Assembly: GCA_012295275.1 (NCBI GenBank)
Contig: CM022669.1
Location: forward strand, 19,406,001 to 19,470,000
Direction of reading: 5' to 3'
Length of the DNA stretch: 64,000 nt
From: Chrysomallon squamiferum
Lineage: Eukaryota > Animalia > Mollusca
The notes under the pieces are model-generated. The model was not told where the DNA came from. It searched no databases and saw only the letters and a program-made list of their open reading frames with translations. How positions within the stretch are numbered: position 1 is the first letter of the stretch; each line of letters begins with the position of its first letter. The position numbers and the translations under genes were made by a program. Positions 50,401 through 61,981 of the stretch are shown here, piece after piece.

Positions 50401-52416
50401 ATAGGTTGTAACACTTATCATCTTATTATTTGTCAGTTATCATAATTATTAATCAGCTGGGCTTTATAAATTGAAGAGTTAACTACCAGAACTGTCTAAT
50501 CTCTCAAGAAAATAAAAGACTGCAAAATGGATTGATGAATGTTATTAAGTTAATTCACTGTCTAAATGGTCTAGTGCAGATAAGAGTACACCAGCTCATT
50601 GCATTTCTGTGTTGATCCTGTAAATTAAAGTCTTCCAGAAAACACAACTTAGATCAGAGAGTTTTATTTATTTTGTTCTGATGTCCTCTCGAGAAAGTGT
50701 CTTTCAGATTTTCATATAATCAGTTTTCTAGTTTCTTAAATAACTTTTTTTTTGTTTAATTAATTAATCAATTAATTCAGTAGTGTATTAATATTAATAC
50801 TGATATTTTGAAAAAGAAGTTTAACATAAATTCATTCTATTTATAGCAACTTACTCCATTGATCAGTTGTCTGATGATGATGACGAACCAGGTGCAACTG
50901 TAAGTTAAATGTGATATTTACTTACTTACCTTCTTATTTATTTATTTCATTTAATTTTTATTTATTTTTTGTTGTTGATTAATTTTATTTTTATTTTTTA
51001 TTTTATTTTAGTGGTTTTTCATTATTTCATAATATTAACTTACAAACTGACTACAGTGTTTGATAATTTTTAAAACAAAATAATGTGATTTCTAATTGAC
51101 ATCTCTGTAAGTACAATATACTTCAGATCAGAATCTCCAATTTTAATTTCCCCCTATCATTTTGATATAGGCCTACCTAAAACGGGTCATATGTAATAAT
51201 TTTGAGGATGTTGTTATTTTAGGGTGGATCTGCAGGGGGTACACAGGCCATCACAGCATCCCAACTTGCAGCTGCATTGGCAGCAGCTACAGGGATGTCT
51301 CCTTCACAGAATGCAGTAAGTAATCTAATAATATTAATACATGAACTTCGTCCTCTTTTTTATTTATTTACTTATTTTTTAATTTTTATTTATTTTATTA
51401 AATTTATTTTCGTTTATTGATTTATTTATTTTATATTTATTTATTTAATGAATTTTAATTAATTAATTTATTTATTTATTTTCATAATTAAAACAGAAAA
51501 TAAATTTGTGATATCAAAATTCATAGATTGAGCCTACATCAGTTAACAGTTGCCATATAGTTTACATGCAGTTGATAATTATATACATAGTTCTGTTATG
51601 TTTAAACTGATCTGTAGATTCCATAAAAAGAACTTACAATTTGTTTTTTGTTTTTTTACTGGAAATAACTATTTATTATTATTATTATTTTTTTTTTTTT
51701 CCATAGCCACAAGCATCAACATCCAGCACAGGAGAATCTCAAGTCATATCATCAGATTTCTTTCAGCAGGCAATGTTACAAGCACAAAACATTGCTACAG
51801 AGGTAACTCTTTGTTTATGGTGTAGTCTAATTTTTTTTTTTTTTATTACACTTTTTTTTTTTTTTTTGAAGGACATTTTGTAGGATTTTTTGTTAGTTTT
51901 TTGTTTCCACGTAAGATAATTCAGAATGTAATTAAAAATGTGATATTAATTTTAAATATTTCTCCCCTTGATAGTTTGTTTTAATTTTTAATTTTTTTAA
52001 AATTATTTAAAACTTTGATAATTAGAGAAACTTATAGAAACATTTCAATTCCTTTTTTTTTTTTTAATTATTATTATTATTTTAATAATTGGTTTTATTA
52101 TTATTTAAATCTTTGATAAATAGAAAAAAATAATTTCTTATTTTATAAAAATATTTTTAAAAACAATTTCAATACTTTGCTTTATTATTAACTGAAATTT
52201 TGGTAAATAGATAAATTTAATGTTATCTTATAAATGCAATACAGAAATTTTATTTTCTTCCTTTTACACATTTTTTTTTATATTTGTGATTAGGGCCAAC
52301 TACAGCAACTTCGTGACATGGGTATCGTGGATGAGAATCGAGCCAGACAAGCATTGCAGGTGACAGGGGGAGACATTCAAGCTGCCCTTGAACTCATCTT
52401 TGAAGAAGAAATGTGA
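47357..52416 (+). CDS. UBL7: Ubiquitin-like protein 7 (UBL + UBA; 314 aa; 10 exons)
   Basis: Ten GT-AG exons with consistent phases, 945 nt. Motifs LIYCG.RLKDD...YGI..GSTV, ATPGL..DP, LQD, HPA, LSDDDD, IT.SQLA.ALA, D.FQQA, QLQQLRDMGI.D....ALQ.TGGDIQAALELIF match vertebrate UBL7 as recalled. An upstream in-frame ATG at 47315 is an alternative start. Confidence 0.93.
47724..47837 (+). CDS. UBL7: UBL7 exon 2
   Basis: ELIYCGQRLKDDLSADRYGIKQGSTVYAL; TTTCAG acceptor, G|GTAATA donor. Confidence 0.9.
48323..48405 (+). CDS. UBL7: UBL7 exon 3
   Basis: Poly-T CAG acceptor, ECMPDHAG...NPAYRSI, donor GTACGT. Confidence 0.85.
49043..49127 (+). CDS. UBL7: UBL7 exon 4
   Basis: VERMLSDPETIENILAATPGLDKDPVCI, donor GTAAGT. 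Confidence 0.9.
49882..49939 (+). CDS. UBL7: UBL7 exon 5
   Basis: AMLQDPEQLTILAHHQNIS, donor GTAAGT, phase 2. Confidence 0.88.
50228..50328 (+). CDS. UBL7: UBL7 exon 6
   Basis: LLKKHPAFAQAAITIATAVNQEG...SG, phase 2 in, phase 1 out. Confidence 0.85.
50847..50899 (+). CDS. UBL7: UBL7 exon 7
   Basis: ATYSIDQLSDDDDEPGAT, donor GTAAGT. Confidence 0.87.
51223..51315 (+). CDS. UBL7: UBL7 exon 8
   Basis: GGSAGGTQAITASQLAAALAAATGMSPSQNA, donor GTAAGT. Confidence 0.87.
51707..51802 (+). CDS. UBL7: UBL7 exon 9
   Basis: PQASTSS...ISSDFFQQAMLQAQNIATE, donor GTAACT. Confidence 0.87.
52294..52416 (+). CDS. UBL7: UBL7 exon 10 (UBA domain, stop)
   Basis: GQLQQLRDMGIVDENRARQALQVTGGDIQAALELIFEEEM*; AATAAA ~105-120 nt downstream. 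Confidence 0.92.
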   Translation, partial: GQLQQLRDMGIVDENRARQALQVTGGDIQAALELIFEEEM

Positions 52417-53528
52417 TTTCTTTGAACAAAAACACGAGCAACATTATATAGTACAGTGAAAGAAGGACAACAAAAAATATATTCCTTCTGATGATAATAT
52501 GCTAATATTTAATATATAAATAATAAATGGACAAAAATAAATTTGGGTTTGATGATGATCCACTAAAGAATATCTGCTATGTTATGAATATATATTTAAA
52601 ATCATTAATTGATTTACATACATAAAATTACTTACCTCTGAATGCTTGATGTTTTAAGGATTGTTTTTTGTGGTGTTTTTTTTCATAATATAATTATCAG
52701 TTTAAAGTTATAAAATATAAAAAAAAATAAAAAAATAATAGAAATCTGTCTAGTGGTGATAGCTTAACTTTTAATACACTAAAAGTACAACATATCAACA
52801 ATGAAATGTAGTTGATTATATAAGATTGATCAGATACACTGAATGTTTGTTTTAATATGCTTAGATGAATTAGAAATTATGTGTAATGTTTATGTTAAAT
52901 AAATTATCATCTTTCTATTTTGTTTTGTCTTTGTATCAAATTTCAGTTCATTTCACAGTACAAGACTAGAAATTGAGAAAAGCAAAAAATAGATATATAT
53001 TTTAATTTTTTCATATGAAAAACTTTGTATAAGATTTAATATGTCAAGTATTAAATGACATTAAAAGAAATACATATATCTATTATATTTTTTCATGTAA
53101 AGAATTTTGTTTAAGATATGACATTCAGAATTAAATGGTGTTAAAAAATTATATAAAATGTACATATTTTAATTCTTCTAACTTATTACTTGTAGATCTT
53201 CTTTTCTTTTTCTTCAATTCATTCTCATATTAATCTTAATAATAATTTATAAAAACAACATCAGTGACAATTTTATTATTTCTTCTTCAAAAACATCTGT
53301 CAAAAATTTTAAATAGTCATAATTTATGTGTGATATAAACATTAAAATTATTTTTAATAACATTCACTGTTATGCAGTCATAAAAATTAAAAGATATATT
53401 ACATAAAAGGCATCAATGGTATTAATATATATATATTAAATATGGCTATAAACACCACAGATGTGATTCCCAAACTAAATATATGCGACCTTCTCACTTG
53501 AAACATTTTTGTTGTTGTTATTTTACTG

Positions 53529-53587
<59 letters not shown>

Positions 53588-54135
53588 TACATTTAATCAA
53601 TGTAAATTTTACTAAAAAGTTAAACTACAAATGAATCTTTTAGCGGTGATCGATTTCACAGTAACTGAACACAAAAGATTTTGAGATTTGTCTCTCAAAC
53701 GTGTCACGTACTTTTGACGTTTCAGCTTGTGTACTCGCATTTGCTTCATCCTTAAGTGAAATTGTTATTAACGTTGTGCATCACCGCAAAATAACAATAG
53801 AGGATTACAGACAAGTGACTGTAGATGGCTTTACAGAACTCTTCAATGTGCCAATTAAAACAACCTTGTTCTTAAAACGTGCGCCGACAATAAAAACAAA
53901 CGTTGTTTTTGTGACAGGCTTATATTAAGAAAACGTGACAAAAGAATATCATACATCTTTATTTATTTATTTTACCAATAGTCGCTTGCTGTAGTATTGT
54001 GTCTGAACAGAGATTATGGCAAAGAAATTAATAGCATATTAATTGTACGCAAAGTGGATATTGGTTCTTTTGTACAAGAAACTTCCACTTACTCCAAAAA
54101 AAAAATATAATAATAAAAAATAATAATAATCATAA

Positions 54136-54167
<32 letters not shown>

Positions 54168-54256
54168 AATTATAAAAAAATAAAATAAAATAAGAACAAA
54201 TGAAACTACTATTAGATGTACTTGCTTTAACAGTAGACATAGATTGGTGTGAAAAT

Positions 54257-54304
<48 letters not shown>

Positions 54305-54537
54305 ATACACATACACACACAAGAATAATAATTATTATTATCATTATATATGTCGGTAATATTTATTATTTAATGTCGGTAATATTTTATTCATTCATTT
54401 ATTCATTTATTAATTAGAGAATACTCTGTTTCATGGGTGCATTCCGTTTTAAAAAACATAACATATTTAATAAGATTAGTCACAGTTTTTTTTATTCTGA
54501 AATTGATAAGAAGATGGAGTAGATTTTAAATCCATGC

Positions 54538-54573
<36 letters not shown>

Positions 54574-54893
54574 ATGTTCTATTTAAGTATTTATCTAAGA
54601 ATCAAATTTTCTTTATTTTATTTTTGCCCATTGTTTCTGAATAACAAGTGAAATTTAATTAGGTTCCCTTTTTAATTAGATTTTATCTTATGTCTGTTTT
54701 GGTAAAGTAAGGCTGAAAGTGCAAAATTAAGTGAAACAACTATAATTAGCTTATTAAATCATAGTGGTGAATTTAAAATAAAGAAAGAAAATATGAATGA
54801 CAAAATGGTTTTCAACAAAAATAATTAATGAAGAGACGATATTTTGTTATAAATAATAATAATAATAATACATTTTAAAATACGATAACTGAA

Positions 54894-54950
<57 letters not shown>

Positions 54951-55118
54951 GCTGTTATTGTTGTTAAACGTATTTAGTAATTATCACTAGTATAAATATA
55001 CCTTATAAACTGAAAAAAAGGTTTCGTTTTTTTTTTTTTTTAATCTTATTTATTTATTTAATAATTATAATATTTATTCTCTTCTTCTTCTAATTATTAT
55101 TATTATTATTATTATTAT

Positions 55119-55150
<32 letters not shown>

Positions 55151-55632
55151 CTAGTAGTAGCAGCAGCAGTAGTAGCAGTAGTAGCAGTAGCAGTAGCAGG
55201 TTAGAATCATTTTGTACATTTAAATTAAGAAGAAAATTGAAACATTTGCAATTAAATGCGGTTAAATGCGCCTCCATAAATCCATCATTTTCTTAATAAT
55301 TGTAATTGTAACAGATATAAGACGGTTATTGTTTTTTGTTCATATGTGCCTATATGAAATGAATGGAAACGATGATCATAAAATTCTTAAAACTTCCTTT
55401 TAATTTTTTAAAAAGATATTATTATTTTACAAGATTTCAAAATCGGTTTTTTAGCTGTGGAAACGAAATTATTAATTAAATTAAAACGCTTGTTGATCTG
55501 AAGAATTACTGAGACAAACAAATCATATAAATAAATTAAGACGTTTTAGTTTATTTATTTATTTATTTATTTATTTATTATTTTATTATTTTATTATTTT
55601 TTAACCCATCTCAAATTTGGTGATATCTAAAC

Positions 55633-55746
55633 AGCCAATGAATATGTACTACAGCCTGATTGGTTATCTTCGCTTGTTATCACTAGGTGTCGTGGCGTTA
55701 TATAAACTGCCAGAAGAGGTCGCTTTCTTTTGTAACGCCGCCATTT
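55633..55746 (+). promoter_or_regulatory. Core promoter of the DAZAP1-like gene
   Basis: CCAAT 55635, ATTGG 55659, TATATAAA 55699, pyrimidine-rich initiator-like CTTTCTTTT ~55723, YY1-type CGCCGCCATTTT at ~55736, all 65-180 bp upstream of the ATG. Confidence 0.7.
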
Positions 55747-55810
55747 TAAGACCCTCGTGTTGCGATAAAGTTACGGAAGAAACATTTGATAATCAACAAA
55801 ATCTAACAAA

Positions 55811-55827
55811 ATGCAACGTGAAGAAGG
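55811..55827 (+). CDS. DAZAP1: DAZAP1-like exon 1 (MQREEG)
   Basis: CAAA-ATG, donor GG|GTAAGA, phase 2. Confidence 0.82.
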
Positions 55828-58800
55828 GTAAGAATTTGTAAAATATTTCTTTTAAAATGTGTAACGTAGGAAATACATAGAATTATATTTCATTCAGATA
55901 GTATGAAAACACAAAGGATAAGTTGAAAAAAGAAAAAAAAAAAAGAAAAAAAATTGATGCAGTTTCTACGTTAGTTTCAGTCTTTTCATAAAATGGCGAT
56001 CTTTTGTAAAAACTGGTACAGAATGAAAAAGTTTATGATGTTTATGTACTTAATTATATTTTAAAATAAAAAAAGAAAGGAAAAAACCCTCTCCAACATA
56101 GCTTTAATATTCAAATAAAAAATTCTAATATTAATAAATTTTGTGGGTGATTATTTAAAATTTTTATTATTATTATTTTTTCATTATTACTTTTCACTGT
56201 CCTGAAAACTTAGCATGGTAAAATTACTTTCAATTAATGTTTCTTTATTGTGCGTTCTTTGGCTTTAGACAGGATGATGTTATTTCATATTTCATTATTT
56301 GTTGTATTGACCCCAATTCTGTATTTTGTATAAATTCTTTTTCTTTAGAAAACTTTTTGTTGGTGGTCTCAGCTGGAACACTGATCAAGGTTTGTTTTTG
56401 TTGAAAATGAATAAATATAATGTTGTTTGAAGAGAGACTTTACAGAAAACATTTCTTACAAAATGTGATTCAGACATTTTCCGAATTTATATATCTTGGT
56501 AGATATTAACCACATTAACACAGATTTCATTAAAGGATCCAGATTTTGAAAATGTTTAAAATTGGCAGTGTCAATCCAAATTGACCTTTAGAATACCTGA
56601 AAGTGTATTAAAAATGTTAAAAATGTGCTTTGAATAATTTGATGCTTGTTGTAAATAAACTGGGTGTTTTTGTTAACACTTAATGTAATGAGTAGACTTT
56701 GTCTTCAGTATCATTTTAACTGAGAGTGAAGTATATTTATCCATATATAAAACCAGAGCATAAATTAAAAAAACTGGTTACACGTACAAACAGTAGAACA
56801 CTGTTATATTTTTATACTGACTTTTAATCTTTGTTCAGAGATGCTACGAGAGTATTTCAGCAAATACGGTGAGGTGTCTGATGCCGTTGTAATGCGAAAC
56901 ACTGAGACAGGCAAGTCACGAGGATTTGGATTTATTTCATTTAGAGACCCCTCAGTGGCCGAAATATGTATTCAAGCCAAACACATGATAGACAATAGAC
57001 AGGTAAATTACAGTTCAGTTTGGCTATGCTTTGTACCATCAAAAACTTAGTTTTAATTTGTGTTAAAGTATTTTGAACTGCTTTGAAATCATTTAAGTTA
57101 AAGACAGTTTAATTTCATATTGATTTCTATTCTTTAATTTGCCATAGAAGTTTATTTATAAAATAGGAAGGGTAAAAGTTTGTATCCTTAAAATGTATAT
57201 GTAATTCTAATGTTTTGGCAACTTTTACTAACAATGTCTCATTAAACTCTCTTAAACAGCTATTAATTTCATCTCTGAGTGAGTAAATTTATTATCAAAT
57301 GCAAAAATGAAAGTATATTTTATAAGCAAATACAGTTGTTTCTTCACTAAATGAGTACTGTATTTTGTTTCAGGTTGACGCAAAGCCATGCAACACAAAA
57401 AGTGGAAGCAGAGTAAGTTAGTTTTATTTAATTTGTAAATGTTGATGAATTATGATTACTTGATAACCTATTATAAAATGTATTACTGAAGTAGCTTGAG
57501 TATCTTAGTAATCATGAATAGTATGTAGCTTGAAAATTGTACTAAATTTGTATTATGTATTATTATTACAGGGTGGTGGTGGTGGTGGTGGTGGTGAAGG
57601 TGGTGGTCGTGGAAGAGGTGGCCCTCGACCTCAACGTCCAGAATATAATGCACCAACAAATAAAATCTTTATTGGAGGAATTCCTGCAAATGCTACAGAA
57701 GATTCAATTAAAAGCACATTCAGTCAGTATGGAAATGTAAGTTTTGAAATTGTTTTTATATTGATGTAGTTAAAATAAGTCTATGATCAGTAAACAATCA
57801 TACATATAGAAATTTAACATAATATTGTGTGTTAGCATGTTTAGTGTGGAACTCATCACCTATGCCTAGGATAAAACGTGTGAAGTATCCAATATCCTAT
57901 GAGTTTGTCATACTGAAAGAATTGATCTATATATATGCATATTTATATGTTTGTTTCTGAAATTGCTCATTTGTTGAAAATACTTGATATAGTGTTGATT
58001 TTACTTTTTACTTCTTCTTTTTTAAGGTTACAGAAGTAGTCATTATGATGGACAAAGAAGCTGGAAGATCACGAGGTATGTAACTACTACATTAAATTGA
58101 AAGCACAAGCATTTTTTTTTTTTTATATAAATTTGCAAGCATGTACTGCTTGATAAATATTTACAGGTGGGGATCTGTAAAAGGTAGGTGAGAAGCTTAG
58201 CTTTAGATGAAACCAAAACATTATTTGGTGTTAGATCTTAACAGCCCGAGGGCTATGGACTAAATTAATGCATGAGTGCAGGTAAGTTTTTTAACCGTAT
58301 TACATCAAACATTGTTACAGAATGCTTGTACTGTGAATAGTTTAAGATATTTTGTAGTATTTAGAAGATTGTCTATATGTTAAATTTTATTATGATCCGT
58401 CACTACAGTGTATGGTTAGTATACAGATATAAATATAAATATAAATGTAAATATAATAGTCTGGGTAATAAGACATTTTAATTACTGGAACAGTGTACAT
58501 TGGATGCCAGGTTTGTAGTTTGTGTACTTTTTGAATGATTTATATATTGATATTTATTGTGAAAATTTGCATATTTGTTACCCCATCACATACAATGTGA
58601 CAAGAATGTTGATTAAATTTTTGTTTTGATACAGAGGAATTAAATTATAATAGTATTATATAATATTAGTTTATAAAATGTTTTATCCTATATCTGACTA
58701 ATTAGAAATGTTTTTTGTTACAAATTTAGATTTATTATTGTTTGCTGGAGATATTCAGATGGATATTTGTGTTGGGCAGTAAAAACCAGTGAAACCCTAC

Positions 58801-61800
58801 ACCAGTACAGTTATCTGCTTATTTAACATATATTTATCCAACTGCTCAAAATATTAGTCTTTTTATTGGTTGTTACACATCACTGAAATACTTGTACTTT
58901 GATATATGTACTTTAAGTAATACTTAATGATAGCTGAGTTTGTAAATACACAAGCTTTGACTATAAATATACTTTTTATTTTTATTTTTGGATTTATTAT
59001 TTTATTTTTTATATTTTTTCTGTTACAAGACATACTGTGATGACCGAATACCATGTTGTCTTTTACAAAATTGGTGAACATTTTTAAACATAAAATAAAT
59101 CTTTCCACCTTCACATCTGAAATTTGGCTATATATAATAAGTCTAAAACACAAACTAATTTATAAGTATGAAAGAACAAGAATTTTGAATTCCAGTTAAT
59201 GGAAAAATAATTTTTACATTTTTAACACAGTAGATTTTTTTTCCACTTGTATAGGGAAATACTAACAACTGTAGTCAAGGCTTGTGTATGTATTTACAGA
59301 CATATTTAGATCTTTGTACAGATTGTATTAAGTATTTACATAGTATTTAATTTAGTATTGTATTAGCTTATGCTATTGATAAATTAAAATAGTTTGTACA
59401 GAACTTATTTGAAATCTGAACACAACTTCTGAAGAGTGCATCGAATATACTCTTGGAATATAAAAAACTAAAAATTACCCACTGAAATATTTTGAGCAAA
59501 GTTGGTAGTCTTCTTGCAGCCACAAAATGTTCACTATAAGCTGCAGTTCTGTGGGATGCATTTTCAACTGAATGGAGAAGAGCTGCGAACAGTGGAACCT
59601 TATTATTATTATGCATTTTGTTGATCTCTTTAATGTTGTATTATCAACTAGGATTTGGGTTTTTGACTTTCGAGACTGAGGAGAGCGTTGATCAAGTTTG
59701 CCAACTACACTATGTTATCTTGGACGGCAAGAAGGTTATCCTTTACATTTAATTCCTTTTCCTCAAGTTACTTTCTTGTTACTTAATTTTTAACACTAAT
59801 TACAGTGAACATTACGCAGATGTAACATTATTTAAGAATTTTTATTATTTTTTTTTAGATTAATTATGTAATTATTTTAGTATTTGTATAAATATTAATT
59901 AATTTAAATGGTTTGTTACGTTGTGTTTGACACTTGTGCATGCTTTATTCAGTTATCTACATGCTGAGTATGTTGATACTTGTGCCACATTAATTTATAA
60001 AATTTATAAAAATACTTCAGTGAAGTTGCCAAACTTGTAAGCTTAATTACAGTGGTTGTGGTGTAATCTAATTTACAGTTACCATTGATTTTGACATTTC
60101 ATATGCAATAGTATTTCTAATTGTGTGGATTTTGTTTATTATTAATTTTCCATAGTGAACATAAAATTTTCTGTAGCACACTTACATCATTTTAATGTGT
60201 TATCCCTAATTAATGTTCAGTGCTGATTGTGTTCTCTGAAGATAAACAATAAAGATGTATTACAATATATTAATTACAGTATTGTATTAAAATAACATGT
60301 TTATAATTACTTGGTTTTCTAGCAATACTTAATCAATGGCACATGATAAAAATTGCTTTGCTTAGTTATTTTGTTGAAATTAAAATGAATATTTATGATT
60401 ATGAATAATGCTTTCGAAATTTTGCAGTTAATTTGCTTGATATTTTTTATGCTGGCAAACTGATGCTAGCAAATTTGCCTTGTTAGATTATGTTTATATA
60501 TCTATATCTATATCTATATATATATATCTATATATATATCTATATATATATATATTTATTTATTTATTTATTTATACATCTTCATTAGATTAAAATAATT
60601 GTTTCATTATATGAAATATATTATTTCACAATTATCTTCAATTTATTTTCATGTTTTTAAACAAAATGGGCAGTTGGAATTAGTATTACACACATGGAAT
60701 GTCGACAAGGCAGTTTCATGTTAAAAAATTTAAATTTATTAATATAAACCTGAATAGTGACTATTAGCTATGTCTTTACAGATGGCGTCCACCTGGTGAA
60801 TTAATTTAGAAACCAATCTTCCAGAGTGCTGCACTATACAAACTGGATGTTTTATTACACTTAATAATTCATATTTATCTTCTGTTATAAGAATTAGGTT
60901 TTAAAAATTTGTTTTTCATAAACATTGTTACTTGACACAAAGTAGACATGTATAATATAAAAATCTATTAATTTTATTTTCTCAATAATTAGCAGGATTA
61001 GGTTGATAAATACAAAAAAAGTAACCCCTGATAACATAAGTGTATTGATTAATAGTTGTACATCCAGATAGCACATTTTATTTACCAAAGTCATGTGTTG
61101 GCACCCAACTTCACTTGTCAGTTTCTGATGGCTGCACAGTATCAAATACCAACTTGTTACCAAGTTTTATAATGAGATAATCATGCATGAATATGAATTT
61201 ACAATTCCATTTTTAACTAAAAACTATAACATTACACAAGTAACTAATTTTAAATTCATTGCTTGCAGGTTGAATGCAAAAGAGCTGAGCCACGTTCAGG
61301 TCGGAATGGACCTGGTATGGGACGCGGAGGTGGACCAGGAGGACCAGGACCAGGATTCCAGCAGCCGGGGCAGAACTGGGGTGGTATGGGAGGTGGTTTC
61401 CAGCAGGGCTTCCAACAGCCAGGTTATGGTGGTCCACCAGTTAATGGATTTAATCAGCAGCAACCACAGGGTGGATATGGCGATCAAGGGTTAGTACATT
61501 GAATTATCATTTTAACAGAATGAAGCCTGTGAGCTAAAAGACAGGATATTAATTTGTCACTACCAGTTGAAAATATTTCATCTAATAAATATAACATTTA
61601 GAGAATTAATTAGTCTGCAGAAGAAAGGAATTGTAAAACTAGTTGATGAATTTTTTTTTTTTATTATTGCAACAGATATGGATATGGACAACAGGGTGGA
61701 GGATATCAGAATCAGTGGAACCAAGGTGGTCAGGGTGAGTAATGTTCTACATTCATGTAGTGTTTTGAAAAGGACCTTTAGCTGCTAATATTTAATTTTA

Positions 61801-61981
61801 CATATTACCTAATTTGATAATACCAGATTAAAAGTGGGTCTTTATTTGTAAGATGATTATTTTTCAGTTGGTTCAGCAATTTCTCTGTGATTTTGTTTCC
61901 AAATGTGAAATTTTTGCTATACTTAGTTTAATTGGTAATGTTCTCTTTAAGGTGCATGGGGTTCCTATCCAGCACAACCTG
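55811..61981 (+). CDS. DAZAP1: DAZAP1/Hrb27C(hrp48)-like hnRNP: two RRMs + G/Q/Y-rich low-complexity tail; 3'-incomplete (10 exons found)
   Basis: RRM1 KLFVGGLSW / RGFGFISF, VDAKPC, RRM2 KIFIGGIP / VTEVVIM / RGFGFLTF / KKVECKRAEPR resemble DAZAP1/Hrb27C more than Musashi or hnRNP A1. All splice phases are consistent. The last exon found ends in a GTAAGT donor with no stop. Confidence 0.85.
56349..56389 (+). CDS. DAZAP1: DAZAP1-like exon 2 (KLFVGGLSWNTDQ, RNP2)
   Basis: Polypyrimidine TAG acceptor; donor G|GTTTGT. Confidence 0.9.
56839..57002 (+). CDS. DAZAP1: DAZAP1-like exon 3 (RRM1 RNP1)
   Basis: EMLREYFSKYGEV...SRGFGFISF...IDNRQ, donor GTAAAT. Confidence 0.93.
57374..57412 (+). CDS. DAZAP1: DAZAP1-like exon 4 (VDAKPCNTKSGSR)
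   Basis: TTTCAG acceptor, GTAAGT donor, phase 0/0. Confidence 0.88.
57572..57736 (+). CDS. DAZAP1: DAZAP1-like exon 5 (poly-G/RG linker, RRM2 RNP2)
   Basis: G8EGGGRGRGG...KIFIGGIP...FSQYGN, donor GTAAGT. Confidence 0.92.
58027..58075 (+). CDS. DAZAP1: DAZAP1-like exon 6 (VTEVVIMMDKEAGRSR)
   Basis: Polypyrimidine AAG acceptor, donor G|GTATGT. Confidence 0.9.
59652..59734 (+). CDS. DAZAP1: DAZAP1-like exon 7 (GFGFLTFETEESVDQVCQLHYVILDGKK)
   Basis: RNP1 of RRM2; weak donor AAG|GTTATC. Confidence 0.9.
61269..61489 (+). CDS. DAZAP1: DAZAP1-like exon 8 (VECKRAEPR + G/Q/P-rich tail)
   Basis: TTGCAG acceptor, donor GG|GTTAGT, phase 2. Confidence 0.9.
61676..61734 (+). CDS. DAZAP1: DAZAP1-like exon 9 (YGYGQQGGGYQNQWNQGGQ)
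   Basis: Phase 2 in, donor G|GTGAGT. Confidence 0.86.
61952..61981 (+). CDS. DAZAP1: DAZAP1-like exon 10, 30 nt (GAWGSYPAQP)
   Basis: TTCTCTTTAAG acceptor, G|GTAAGT donor, phase 1/1, composition fits the tail. Confidence 0.75.
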
